Positions 38,395-50,279 of a stretch of 64,000 nt of DNA are shown here, one piece after another (within the stretch, counting starts at the first letter, position 1; each line of letters begins with the position of its first letter). The notes under the pieces are model-generated. The model ran no database searches, was not told the DNA's origin, and saw only the letters and a program-made list of their open reading frames with translations. The translations under genes were made by a program, and so were the position numbers. This DNA comes from Leptogorgia sarmentosa (taxonomy: Eukaryota), in the NCBI GenBank assembly GCA_964658305.1, contig OZ210885.1:1116001-1180000 (forward strand), read 5' to 3'.

Positions 38395-38577
38395 CTAAAA
38401 TGAACAAAGATTTCTTAAGTATGAAGCATTAATTCTTTTTCAATTTTTTTTCTGTTTATCTATCTATTGATTGAATGTCTGCTTTCCCGGCCTCCATGTC
38501 AAAAGACAATTTTCATGGTACCGCAGGTTGCAATATAATCACATGGGTTCATTTTTCATTATACATCTATGATATAC

Positions 38578-39066
38578 CTTTTGTTTATGGCTCCCTTTGT
38601 TTTGTTCACCTCTGGAAGGTTTTTAATCTTCACTCTCAGTCCTACCACTTTAATTCCAACCAGTGATAATTCTTTTTCCAGGCGTTCTCTAATCTTTCCA
38701 GACTCGCAATCTTCTAAGACCTCCAGAAATCTATTGTCTGTCAAACAACGTAACAAAACATGCAAACATCCTACTTTGATTTCTGGATCTTCTTGGTCAT
38801 TTTGGTCACCACCAAGAGCTTTTTTGATGGCAGCGTCGACTATTGGTCTCACTAATTTATAGGTAAAGTAAAAAGCGCCAAGTGTAATTGCTGTGGTTGG
38901 GTCAGGAGCATAAAGAGCGCCAAGTGCAACTGCAGTTGTGGACAGTGTGTCGACTACAATCACTTTGATAGTATTGATGATGATCGAAAATTCTCCTCCG
39001 GTTTTGAATGTTGCGCTGGCATTTAGAGCATTTCCACCGTCTGTCGACGATTCTGCTATGTTCTTC
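38578..39066 (-). CDS. Exon encoding TRADD-N-like domain no. 2, preceded by a hydrophobic segment
   Basis: ttcttccag|G...AAC AAA AG|gtatat, open throughout. EIKVGCLHVLLRCLTDNRFLEVLEDCESGKIRERLEKELSLVGIKVVGLRVKIKN fits the recalled GS/CL..C.....L..Y.SG.L...L pattern of invertebrate TRADD-N-like domains. Confidence 0.7.
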
Positions 39067-40316
39067 CTGGAAGAAATTTGGAATCTGATGAGATGTTAAT
39101 ACCTAGCCTATATGTGCGTTACCGCTGAGATTGAGATTCCGACAGGTTATTGAAACACCGCGAATTTTGAAATGTGTCTCTTTAAACAGTATTTTCAAAA
39201 GCTTTTCCGTCACGAACTTCTGTGGTTATACCACTTTAATGCAGCAAAAATACTGGCCAAATTTTGTCGTTGCAGCTGATCAAAATTCAATTTATGTTGA
39301 GCCTTGACAATTGGGATTGTCTTGAGTTAAATAAAATGGGCTTTATAATCCATGGCAAATGAAGAATAACGTCATCGTTAGAAATTGCGGATATTGGAAT
39401 CCCGAGTGTAAAATATGAGAGCAAAATCAATCATTCCAATCATCATACAACTATATTCTCAACTCACTGCCGGAGTTGAGAAAGGTTTGCCATATGTGAG
39501 GTGGTTGAGGAAGGTTTCAGCAGAATGGTGCTAAATCAGTAGGAATCAGGAATAAGAAGCCAATTTTTAATCATGTAATTTATATATTTTGCAGTTTGAA
39601 AGTCTTCATTCGCATTCATTTTGAGGAATGTTTACAAACTTGAAATTTTACACGGAGGAAGGTTGAACACTTTTATAAGTCTGCTCAGTGCAACTATATT
39701 CTAGGAACAAGAAGTATAGCTACTATCAGAATGTTATCATGATAACACTACAATTCATATTCTTTTTTCTCAAATCATACTCTCATATTCGTTTTTCAAA
39801 TGAGAAAATGTCAAATGAGAAATATTGGTAAAAACATCAGTTTTAACCAGGTTTTCATTTACAACTTTTCAATTCGCAGAGTGTTTGTCATCCGCGTAAG
39901 TTATAAAATTTGGCGTAAAATAGGTCTTATATTTTGCATGAAACGTTTTGAGATGTTTAAGAAACTATATTTTAATCCTCATAAATTTCGTGTTTGAAAT
40001 TTAACCATTTCATTTTTAAGCCAATGTTCGGAAGTAGTTCTAGTGCTCTACCCGAGCTATCAAGTGTACAGAGATTGGTGTGGAGTTCTTATTCTTTATT
40101 AGTAGTTCACTGCTGATTGCTCTAACCTGAGCTATCATTTGCCTTCATGAAGAATTTGCTCTCTTTATTGATTGCATGGCTATCTGCTTATATGGTTTCA
40201 GTGCTAAAAAGGCAATTTCCATAGTACGGTATAGCAATATAATGCGTTTTTCTGATTTAAGCAGAGCGCATGCGACACCCAAGTTAAATTTTTCATTGTA
40301 CATCTATGACAGATAC

Positions 40317-40729
40317 CTCTTTAGAGTCTTTTCTCTAATGGCTTTTTTTGTTCCGTTCACTTCCGCCATGTTTTCAATCTTCACTTCAAGTCCGTCCACT
40401 TTAATTCCAACCTGTGAAAATTCTTCTTCCAGGCTTCTTTTCATCTCTCCAGATTCATAATTTGCTAAGGCGTCTAGAAATGTTTTGTCTGTAGAACAAT
40501 GTGATAGAACTTGCAACGATCCTGCCGATCCGGGCTTGATATCTTCCTCATTTTGTACACCAACAAGAGCTTTTTTGATGGCACCAATGACTGATCCTCT
40601 CGCTAATTTATAGTCATCAGAAGAAAGAGAACCAAGTGTAATTCCAGTTTTCCCCAGTTCATCGACATCCGTATTGTTAGCTTTGACAGAAAACGAAAAA
40701 TCACCTCCTGTCATCGTAGCAATTAATTC
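40317..40729 (-). CDS. Exon encoding TRADD-N-like domain no. 1, a paralog of the 38578-39066 exon; ATG at 40714
   Basis: ttggcag|GAA...CTA AAG AG|gtatct. GSLQVLSHCSTDKTFLDALANYESGEMKRSLEEEFSQVGIKVDGLEVKIEN aligns with the downstream exon, and its phase-2 donor matches the acceptor at 39066. Confidence 0.68.
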
Positions 40730-41008
40730 CTGCCAAAGTGTTTTAGAAGTATAATTATTCGAATGTGATAATGTGCTAATACATATGCGTTACAGAATAC
40801 ATTGCGACAGGGGGGTGGGGGGGGGGGGGGGTGGGGGGAGCGAAGACGCTACTCGACCGGAGGGGTGTAAGCCCACGAGGCGCCACCCACCATGGTTGAC
40901 GCCCAGCGGAACAATTTTTGAAATTTGGAGTGCCTAGATCGTCGGGAATGGCACTTTCCGGGTATCATATAGCCTACGTCTGTGATTGATTGTTACATAT
41001 TAGTATAG

Positions 41009-41146
41009 GAAATTACACGGTTCGAGAAGTATTAATGAAAAATTGCACGCGTGTTTGGCGAAATACCGCGAGTGCGAAGCACGAGCGGTATTTCGCCAAA
41101 CACAAGGGCAATTTTTCATTAATACTTCGAGAACAAGTGTAATTTC
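41009..41146. repeat. Palindromic hairpin element with GCGAAGC apex
   Basis: gaaattacac..tcgagaagtattaatgaaaaattgc..gtgtttggcgaaataccgc.gtGCGAAGCac.gcggtatttcgccaaacac..gcaatttttcattaatacttc..gtgtaatttc. Confidence 0.9.
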
Positions 41147-44000
41147 GTATTAATATCATTGTAGTACACGTCCACCAACCTTTTTTGTCCAAAGTTGACA
41201 ATAAATGACAAAATAACAAGAATTTTGGCGTTGATTTAAGCGTTTATTTATTTGTTTTTATAATGTATCGCGGGCTCGAAACCGTGCAATTAAGTTTAAT
41301 TGCACACTGTGCAAAGTAAAGATTAATTTGCACAGTTGTTGAAGCTTTTTAGCCAATCAGCGTCCAGGAAATTGACAACAATGATATTACGTCCGAAAAT
41401 ACTTGTGCTTTAATTTGGAATTGGTATTTTTGCTGTGGTAATGATAAATTGCCAGCACTAAATGGTCTAAATGGTTACCACAACCCACACACGCTTCCTG
41501 CGCCCCTGGAATATTTTTAATTTTCTATGGCTTGTTTACATTATTTCTTATATTTTAAGACAACCCTGAACATATTGTTAGCCTTTAATTTAACTTTACA
41601 TTTAATTGGGGGACATAGCTTAAAAGATAAGCTGAGAGGCGCACAATAAGCTAAGAATCATAGTATCATTTCAAGTCTTATATCCAAAATCAGGTGATTT
41701 CAAAAGTAAAATGCTTTAAGCCAGGGCTATTACTTCCAGTGTGACACATTGCCTTTACTTTGGAGTAAAATTTCCTTAGAGTTGATGACATTTACTGAAA
41801 ACTACTAAAGTTTGAAACATAAATACTTTACTACCCCAATAAATAAATTATATGTAATAAAAGATGTATTTATACGATTTTAAGAATTGTTGCTTTATTA
41901 TTCATTGTCAGTTAATTAATAAACCTTAACAACGAGCAGCTTTTGGGCTTTTTGAGAAGGCAGTGACAACCTCATTCCCAACCTTCCTGCTGCAGTGGGG
42001 AATTAAGATGAAATTGACGGCAAATTCCCTTAAAAGTGAAAACTAAAGCCAGCTAAAGCCAAAATATGCGCCTTATTTATATGTAAATAGTGATTAAAAT
42101 TAAAAAATTAACAAAACATTTTAATTAATAATATATAATTCTGTTTGGTTTTGTCCACCAAACATACAAACTACGTACACCTGCTGTATGTTTTTATTTG
42201 CAAATAAACATTCCTCAAATTCCACTGATGTTCTGCAGTTAGTGTATTGAAATTATCCCACACTGTATTACATTGTTAGAAAAATTGTATTTGATTTGAT
42301 CTAGATCATGTCTTGTATATTCATATTTCAATACTTAAAGTGAGTCGTATAGGAAATTAGTTCTCACCTTGTCGGGCTATCAATTAGTCTGCAGAGAGTG
42401 CATGGTTATCTGCTCTTTTTCTTTATGCAAGCACGAGATTCAAAGTGTAAATATTCAGAAAATGTTTGACTCATACGGAGTTTTTATTATCACTTATATT
42501 TAAACTGCTTAACTTGAAGACTCCTATCCGCTGATCTACCTGTTAACTTGGCAAGTATAGACTTAATTAGACGAAATTAGTTAGCTTATATGTTTAAATA
42601 AATTATCGAAATTTCTATGAGGTGATAGCTGATGAGGGCGTACTATTCATTAATACCTGCATGTGTCATGACGTCGCCTTTTAGTAAAATCATACTTTTG
42701 AACTTCTGACACGCGTTTTTAAATTGTTTTTTGTCGATATTTTCATGTTTGATCTCTGATTCTTCTAAAACAATTACATATACGAGCTCGAGATTTCTAT
42801 CAGGTGATATCTAGACTATCGTCTCGGAAATCGAGAGCGAGTTAATTAGCCTAGTTGTTATCAGTTAATTTGAAATTCTCGATTAATTAAATCGAGAGCG
42901 AGTTAATTGTTATCAGTTTCAAGTCTCAACTTTTAGGAATCTAATCTACTGCTCTAGCTGTTGAGCCATCATCTTTCGAAGGTATACACAAGATTTAAAT
43001 CCTGAACACTGGCGAATCTAGTCTACTGCACTTCAAATTATTAAACGATCAAGTCTACATGGATATTGACCACTGCTAAGAATGAGCTATATAGCTAATC
43101 ACTAATCTCGAAAACCCTAGCCTAACCCTGTTTCAGTTCTCAGTCTTCAGGAATTTAGTCTACAGGTTTAGCTGGCCGATTTAAGATTGATTATAAGCTT
43201 TAGTTATTGTAGCTAAATGAAGTATTTACGAGTGGTTCGATATTGGAAGGATTGTAAAATCACACTTACCAAAGCTGCATGTATGAGAAATAGTGGATCT
43301 TTCAACTCAGGATCGTCATGCACCGATCGATCCGGCTTAGCTGCTAAGACAGCAAAGACTGGTTGAGTTCTTAGACAATCTGCTTGGAGATGGCTACATG
43401 TTATATAGATCAATAACAAAACTAGATTCACCAAAATTAATGAATGGTAACTGGTAAGTTATAGTTAATTCCACAAAGCTAAAGTGATGCTGTCGGCGTA
43501 AAGTACGAGTCAACACCTTAATGACACGTATTCTGCTCACAACATTCAAGCCACCATGCTGTGATAAAACATTTATCATGTGATACATTTGCATTTGTTT
43601 GCAATTCCAAGTATCGCTGTCAAGTTTCGATATTGCATTGATGGGATCGGTATCGATATTGCACAGTGGCCGAGGTGGGATCGGTTTCTATATATAAATT
43701 GTATACGTTTTTGTGGAAAAGTTAAAGTGGTCGGGTTAGATTACAGCGAAGCAAATCTAATAGAACCAATAGCCCAATAGTATTTGACAATGACGTCATT
43801 TTACCATATAAGGGCAAAACAGAGTACAGATACCCAGCCGTATTGCACTCGCCGTATTGCACTCTAATATACTGGTTTGAAACCGGTTTGTTTTGCGATC
43901 TCAAAACAAAGCAATAGAAGCCAAAATGGCCGACGCAAGATTTAATCTAATAAATGTTAAATTATCAGAAATACAGTTGTGTGTTGTATAATAAATTCCC

Positions 44001-44130
44001 TATTGAACGGGTTTGACATGCAATACGGTCTGGTATTTTACTCGTTTCTCGCATTTTTTCTCGCCCTGCGGGCTGGAAACTCGTAAAATACCAGGCCGTA
44101 TACCGTTATTGCATGTCAGACCATTCAATA
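44001..44130. repeat. Imperfect palindromic hairpin element
   Basis: tattgaa..tgacatgcaata.cgg.ctggtattttac...gtaaaataccaggccg..tattgcatgtca..ttcaata. Confidence 0.75.
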
Positions 44131-44999
44131 AGCTATATAGATAAATTTAAACTAATTGTTTTGTTTTTCCAGAAATGTTATATAGCCCCTGTCAAACGAT
44201 GATGAAGTTTTGATCAAAGTTAGCATTAACGATTGTGACAGCGGGCGTTTCAGGCTCTAGATCAACAAAATGGGTGTTTGATTAGGCCAAAATTTTCCTT
44301 TAAAATCGTCCATGTAGCCATATCTGCTACACTGAATGTCAGTGCTTATTTAACCATTGTAGCATATCTGCTACATGTTTTAATTAATTCAGTTTTAAAA
44401 GCAGTTAACACCCCCCCCCCCTGTGGAATGATAATTTTTAAGAACAAAGATGGTGACGTGGATCTAAGAAGACACAACTTGCAGCTTAATACAATCGGTG
44501 CATTCGGTGTCTATATAATATCTTAAAACGAAATATAGAGGGGAAAGTTGTTTCAAAATTTTAAAGTTGAAATTTGTTGTAGCAAATATGCTACATTGTC
44601 AGTTATGGTCATCAATCACGTGATAAAACATAGATACTTTTCATATTGATTTATTGAACTTTTGCGCCATACAATGATACACAATATAATAGCGCTTTGC
44701 TAGATCTAGACAGGCTTATGCCCCGTTTACACAAGCAAATTTTATGTGGCAATTTTCATTTGTCACATAGGAGCTAACACACCAGCTTTTCAAAAAATGT
44801 ATTTGCCACACAAAAATTGCCCAATTTTGCTCGTCTACACGGGTAAATAAAAATTGTCACATGGAAAATTGTCACATAAAAATTGCTCGTGTAGAAAAAG
44901 CTTTATATTGTTACTATGTGTATATTATTATTTTATATATCATTATTATAAACTCAAATTTTATCTTAATTTCTGCGGAAGCCAGCTAAAAGTACCATT

Positions 45000-45830
45000 G
45001 TGGAAGCCAGCTATGATGTCAATGATGTTCTGAAAGCTATTGATGTGTCAGATAGCGAGTTGTCAAGTGATGATGAAGATGATTGGGTCTTGTTGGAAAT
45101 AATATAAATGAAAGCATGCTGAGAGAATCATCACCTGATTCGGATGGTGCTTTTAATTCCTCAGATGATGAGCCTCATGCAACTCTTGCATATCAACCTG
45201 GATGGTGAGAATAAATCTGGTTGTAAATTCAACAAACGAAGAACATTCATTTCGAACTAGAACCAAAAGATGAGAGCTACAACATATAACAGTGTGACTG
45301 ATGGCATGTTTGAGCCATTGTTGGCAACTATTACAAAACAACGTCTGCATGGTGCTCCTCTCAAGTCTGAGAAATAATTAAAGAGCGCAGAGGTTTCTAT
45401 CACTTGAAACAAACACAGAACCTTTATCTGGTTCGTTGGCTTTGTCAACAGGTGTGTGATGTTGTGTCAACATATCATTGCGCAGACCCTGTTGGATGAG
45501 TACAAAGATATGACAGGTAAAACACAATAATTGTATTACACATGATGAAATAGAAATATGAAAAGCCTGTGACAAGTGAAAACGCTCCATTTATTTAAAA
45601 GTTTGGTGCTTATAATATTAATTTGTATTTTTATTAATATTAGACCCACAAGAAGTACGTGTACATGTGCACATTGTACAAGCATAAATTGAGAAGCAAG
45701 AGGTGGTATATGCCTACATTTTACCATACACTGACGATGGCCCTGGCCAATGTGCATGGTTTGTACAAACGAGATTGTAAGATCCTTGATAATAGGAAAG
45801 TGTTGCCTTTGCGAAAGTTCCAAGCGCAGG
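45000..45830 (+). pseudogene. Decayed piggyBac (PGBD-like) transposase remnant
   Basis: Acidic N-terminus YDVNDVLKAIDVSDSELSSDDEDDW, mid fragments GAPLKSEK*LK and NLYLVRW, and C-terminal LYKHKLRSKRWYMPTFYHTLTMALAN..LYKR, all typical of piggyBac transposases; stops and frameshifts present. Confidence 0.65.
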
Positions 45831-46659
45831 GCCTTATTTTAGGATTTTTGAGGGGGGAGGGGCAAACATAAAAGGGGACTTTACTGAAGGATGGAAATAT
45901 CATTATAAAATACGAAGGATGGAAACGGTTACTTCAGGCAGGAATCTATAAAAAATTATAGATTTTTTGATAATCGAAATTTTAATAATTCATTTGGCAG
46001 CTGCTGTAACCGCAGCGACTTGAAGCTTCAAAAAACCATGCACTAACACACATACGTGCAATGTCCTTTCTATCGTAATACAATCACTTTAGCGCTGAAA
46101 AGCGAATTTTCATTCATTTTTATCATTAAAGCAAGTCCCTTGTCGACAGATTCATGGCCATATTCATAGCAGAATATATACAAACACAGAAACACACAAA
46201 CTTTATTATATTTACTGACAAAACAGATTTTCGCTTGAAACCAGGGACGTAGGAACGTTTTCAAAATTGGGGGGGGGGCGTACCTCACGAGGCGCCGAGC
46301 GAGAAAATTTTGAACATTTCCGAGTCCAAAATTGACCTTTTTAGTTGGCTTCTTCGGGTATACAAATGAAAGATTGTTGGCTAAGGTGCGGCTTTAATAG
46401 TTTTTTCTAATCCAGGATATTTTTTCAAATTCATCGTTTCACAACTGTTTGTAAGATTTCAGTGTTTGAGGGAGTTCTCCTGAATGATTGTTTCAGTGCT
46501 TTATTTCACGGTGCTCGTGAATGATTGTTTCTCTTTTTGACATGCATAGGAGTTGTTAAATCAGTTTCACTGTCAGGAGTTGTTAAATCAGTTTGTACGA
46601 GCTCTCCATTTTGATCGAAAAAAATTTATATTGAGAAAATTATGATATAGATTCTGAAA

Positions 46660-47655
46660 TTACAGGACACCTGTTGCAAGTAGGCTGCATGACAGGTTTG
46701 ATATAAATTCTCTAATTCTTTCAAACATGTTTTTCACGACTTTTTTGGCTTCGTTTCTCAAAACGGTGTTCTTCCAGAAAAATATAGCTGAGTTCATGGA
46801 GGAGATTGAGAGTAGTAATGAACTTGACCACAATGAATATGCGCTAGAAGCCATTCTTCCGAATTGTTCAAAAATTGGGAACAGCATGTAAGGTATCATT
46901 AATACAATGAAGAAGGCCACGACAATGAAACAAGCTAGGGCATGTTTTGTTTCACGAAATAAGCGTCTACGATCTCCTTGTCTTGCTTCGTCATGTACAC
47001 TGACTCGGGTTATCTTTCGGATCACGAGATATATTCGAGTGTAAGCGAATACGACGAAAATTAAGAATGTTGCAAGTATCAATATTGAGGTGTACTTGCT
47101 TAATTCATCTTGAATAATGTTAGAAGCAGCAAATGACAACAATACCACCAAAGTTGCCCCAACGACATAAATGACAATTCCTTTCTTTGTTAGGCGTGAA
47201 CGATGGAAACTGGGATGGAGCACACCAAGATATCTCTCCAAAGTCAAAGCTGACAACGTGACTATCGATAAACCAATGAATAAAATTGTTGTTGATCTGG
47301 CTACGAGAATTGAAATACAAACGTCAACGTTTATAAATGGTTGAAGTGAGAAGACGGTTACTGCCGGTATGACTATGCATCCTACTCCTAAATCAACGAA
47401 TGACTGAATAAAAATAACGAAATAACAAAACTTATTTTTTAACTTGGGATTTTTTTGGATGGTTATTATTGCAAACGCATTCAGAAGAATCGTTGACACC
47501 GTTAAAACCCCGAGAAAAACGATATTGGATATTCGATTGATTTCATACGTTTTGGACGAAAATCCAGTCACATAGCTTCTTTTCTTATTGAGATGATAAC
47601 ATGTCGTTAAAAGACCTTCATGATCAAATTTCTCACTCTCATTCATCGTGTACAT
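46660..47655 (-). CDS. Intronless rhodopsin-like (class A) GPCR, 331 aa, orphan
   Basis: Seven hydrophobic segments; TM1 LLN, TM2 SFVDL, TM3 LTLERYLGVLHP (E/DRY), TM5 FAYTRIY, TM6 MIPY, TM7 NSAIFFW in place of NPxxY. Confidence 0.9.
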   Translation of the reverse strand: MYTMNESEKFDHEGLLTTCYHLNKKRSYVTGFSSKTYEINRISNIVFLGVLTVSTILLNAFAIITIQKNPKLKNKFCYFVIFIQSFVDLGVGCIVIPAVTVFSLQPFINVDVCISILVARSTTILFIGLSIVTLSALTLERYLGVLHPSFHRSRLTKKGIVIYVVGATLVVLLSFAASNIIQDELSKYTSILILATFLIFVVFAYTRIYLVIRKITRVSVHDEARQGDRRRLFRETKHALACFIVVAFFIVLMIPYMLFPIFEQFGRMASSAYSLWSSSLLLSISSMNSAIFFWKNTVLRNEAKKVVKNMFERIREFISNLSCSLLATGVL

Positions 47656-50279
47656 TAACTATACTGACTGAAGCATTTTACCTCAAACTTCCTTTAAATA
47701 CACAGCTTTTAGTCTATTTTATAGGATATTGATCACGTTAATTAACATCATTTAAAATATTGTTAGGTCCATTTTATGACAATACACTAATTGGACTATT
47801 GTTAAGCTCTTTTTTTTAACATTAAACTAATTAGCCCATTGTTTCATACTTCTTCAACCGCGTCTTTTTGTTGGGTTTTTTTCTCAGTTAAATCCTATAT
47901 ATCATCGTTAGGCAAATCTACTGGAAAGTTTTTTTGTCAATATTAATAGAAATTTGACATTAATATAGCTATATGCAAAAAGAAATGAAGCGAGAGCTGT
48001 ACTTTTACTTGAATTGAACTGCGCCATCATCAAAATGCTTCAACGTGATTGGGTCTTTGAGATATAGAAATGAGTCATTATGTTCTTCAAAGTTGTTTTT
48101 GATCAGTGCCGCCATTGAATACTGTTGCAGATGTTCAGATCGTTTTCGGTCAATTTTCAACTGCGGCTTTAGATTTGTTTCTTTGTCATGCATGCAATAA
48201 TGTGAATGTCATATCATTTCAATATTCCCAATATATACACATCAATCAATCTCGTTCGGTTAGCAGATCTGACCAAAAGACTGGCAAGAATTTTCATTCT
48301 TTCCTTATATCCTTATAGCTAATAATTAACATGCAGTGACATTGTACTTTGACGACAGTTGTTAATTGTTTTCTTCATCCTTCAAACAATGAAATATTGC
48401 CTGATCATGAATCGCCCGCTCAAACCGTCAGAGAAATGTCTGAGGATGACAACTTTCTCTCATTAGCTTGGCGCATCATCAACGTCAGTGCTTTAAGCCC
48501 GCCGCACACGAGAGCTCTTGACCACTGAGCTAACCGCCACGCGAGGTCTTAGCTTAGCTGGAAGCCCTCGTGTGCGTGTAGCTTTTGCTGAGAAATTCGC
48601 CTTGCGAGGCCGTGAGAAAAAATCTATCGTGTTTGATATTGTAAACCTTTGGTATACGAGTCCAATGCTCCACCAACTGAGCCAGAGCTACGAGGTCATG
48701 AGATTGAGAATTGATACAATTTTTTAATTCTTATAAGTTACCTGCAGAACTCTTTTATCTAAGCCATAGCAAACTGCCCTGTATTGAAACAGCCTTGAAA
48801 ACAACATTGCAGTAACTAAATTAAATATTTTAATTCTTAAATTAGAGAATGTTCTTTTAGCTAAGGCATATAGCAAAAGCATATTTAGCTGCCTTTATAA
48901 AAACAGCCTTTGAAACAACAGTGACAGAATACAAACGGATTCAGCGTTTCCAACAAAGGCTCTTCGATAGTTCGAGCAAAAGTCGTTCGATGGTTCGAGC
49001 AAAGATATTTCGCAGGAAAGGGACTTCGACGTTTCGAGCAATAGCCCTTCGTCGAAATGTCCAATCTGTTTGTATCGTTGATGTACAATAACTGTTTCTG
49101 TTAATAACACAAGTTGCATAAAAAAGATTGAGAATGGATAGAAACAGTTTTGAAACAATATTGCAAAAACTAAATTATTTCTTTAATTTTTAATATGCAC
49201 AATTCTTTTAGCTAAGGCATAATTATAGCCATATAGGTAACTGCCCTTCATAGAAACACAGCTTTGAAAACAATATTGCAATGACTGTTTTTATTTAAAA
49301 ATTACGTAAAATATAAATGCTTTTTTCGTAAAATTTCACGATTTCAACACGCACGAAGCTAGGAAAGGCATACGCCGAACACTTCCTAATTATATAAAAT
49401 TTTACATTTGAAAACCTCCGAACCATTATGCAAGTAATCTATGGAGTTATCCATGACTAATAAGAAAGAAAGAAGGCAAATTATTCAAGTAAAACGTCTT
49501 AGCTGTACTTCCAAAACGTTCCTTTTTCTTGAAGCAGCTATGCTTTGTGACCAAATTCTTGACTTCATGTGCCATTTCTCATCGATTTTGGTGTTTTTTA
49601 ATGCGAAGACAGCCCCAAACCACAGAGTATATATCATACAGAGTTGTAACTGGTGTAAATCAATATGAAAAAACTCGCATTTTCACGTACCCACTTTTTT
49701 TTCAATGCGATCGGCAAAGGATGTTCAACTGCGCAAGCTTGACAAGTTTAAATTTAGTCGTCATCAGGTCGTCATCCAATCAGATGCACGCATCTAGTAA
49801 CTTGCCGAGCAAGCGCACAAAAATAGTGGGTACAACAGTTACATCTCTGTATGATATATTACACTCTGTGCCCAAACGTCCTTCCTATCACGAAATTTCA
49901 AAAGATCTGACCTCGAAGACCCCCAGCAGCTGTGTACGTCACACCAAATGACATCATCTGGAATAATGAACAATCTCATCGGCTTCTGATTGGATACTTG
50001 CGACCATCTCTTGTACAATTCATTTAACAATCACAATTTATAAACAGTACAATAAAATTTATTTCAATTTTCCAACTATATTTTCCAGATTTTCTAACAC
50101 TAATTACAAGGCATTTACGAATTCATAATCCGTAATAAAAAAAATGATCAAATTAGATATTTGCAAATATTTATAAATATAATAATTATCTTAAATTATT
50201 GAGATGTTCTTGAATTTCCAGACTACATGTATTTCATACATTGCTGAAATGTCGCTACGCTAGTGAACACCTGAGAACT

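Noticed and set aside
40126..40180. Candidate extra exon between the TRADD-N-like exons
   Set aside because: It would end in phase 1, incompatible with the phase-2 acceptor at 39066 unless another exon exists
48760..49290. Three degenerate local repeats (tagctaaggcata..aaacagc.ttgaaaacaa)
   Set aside because: Ordinary decayed tandem duplication with no further structure
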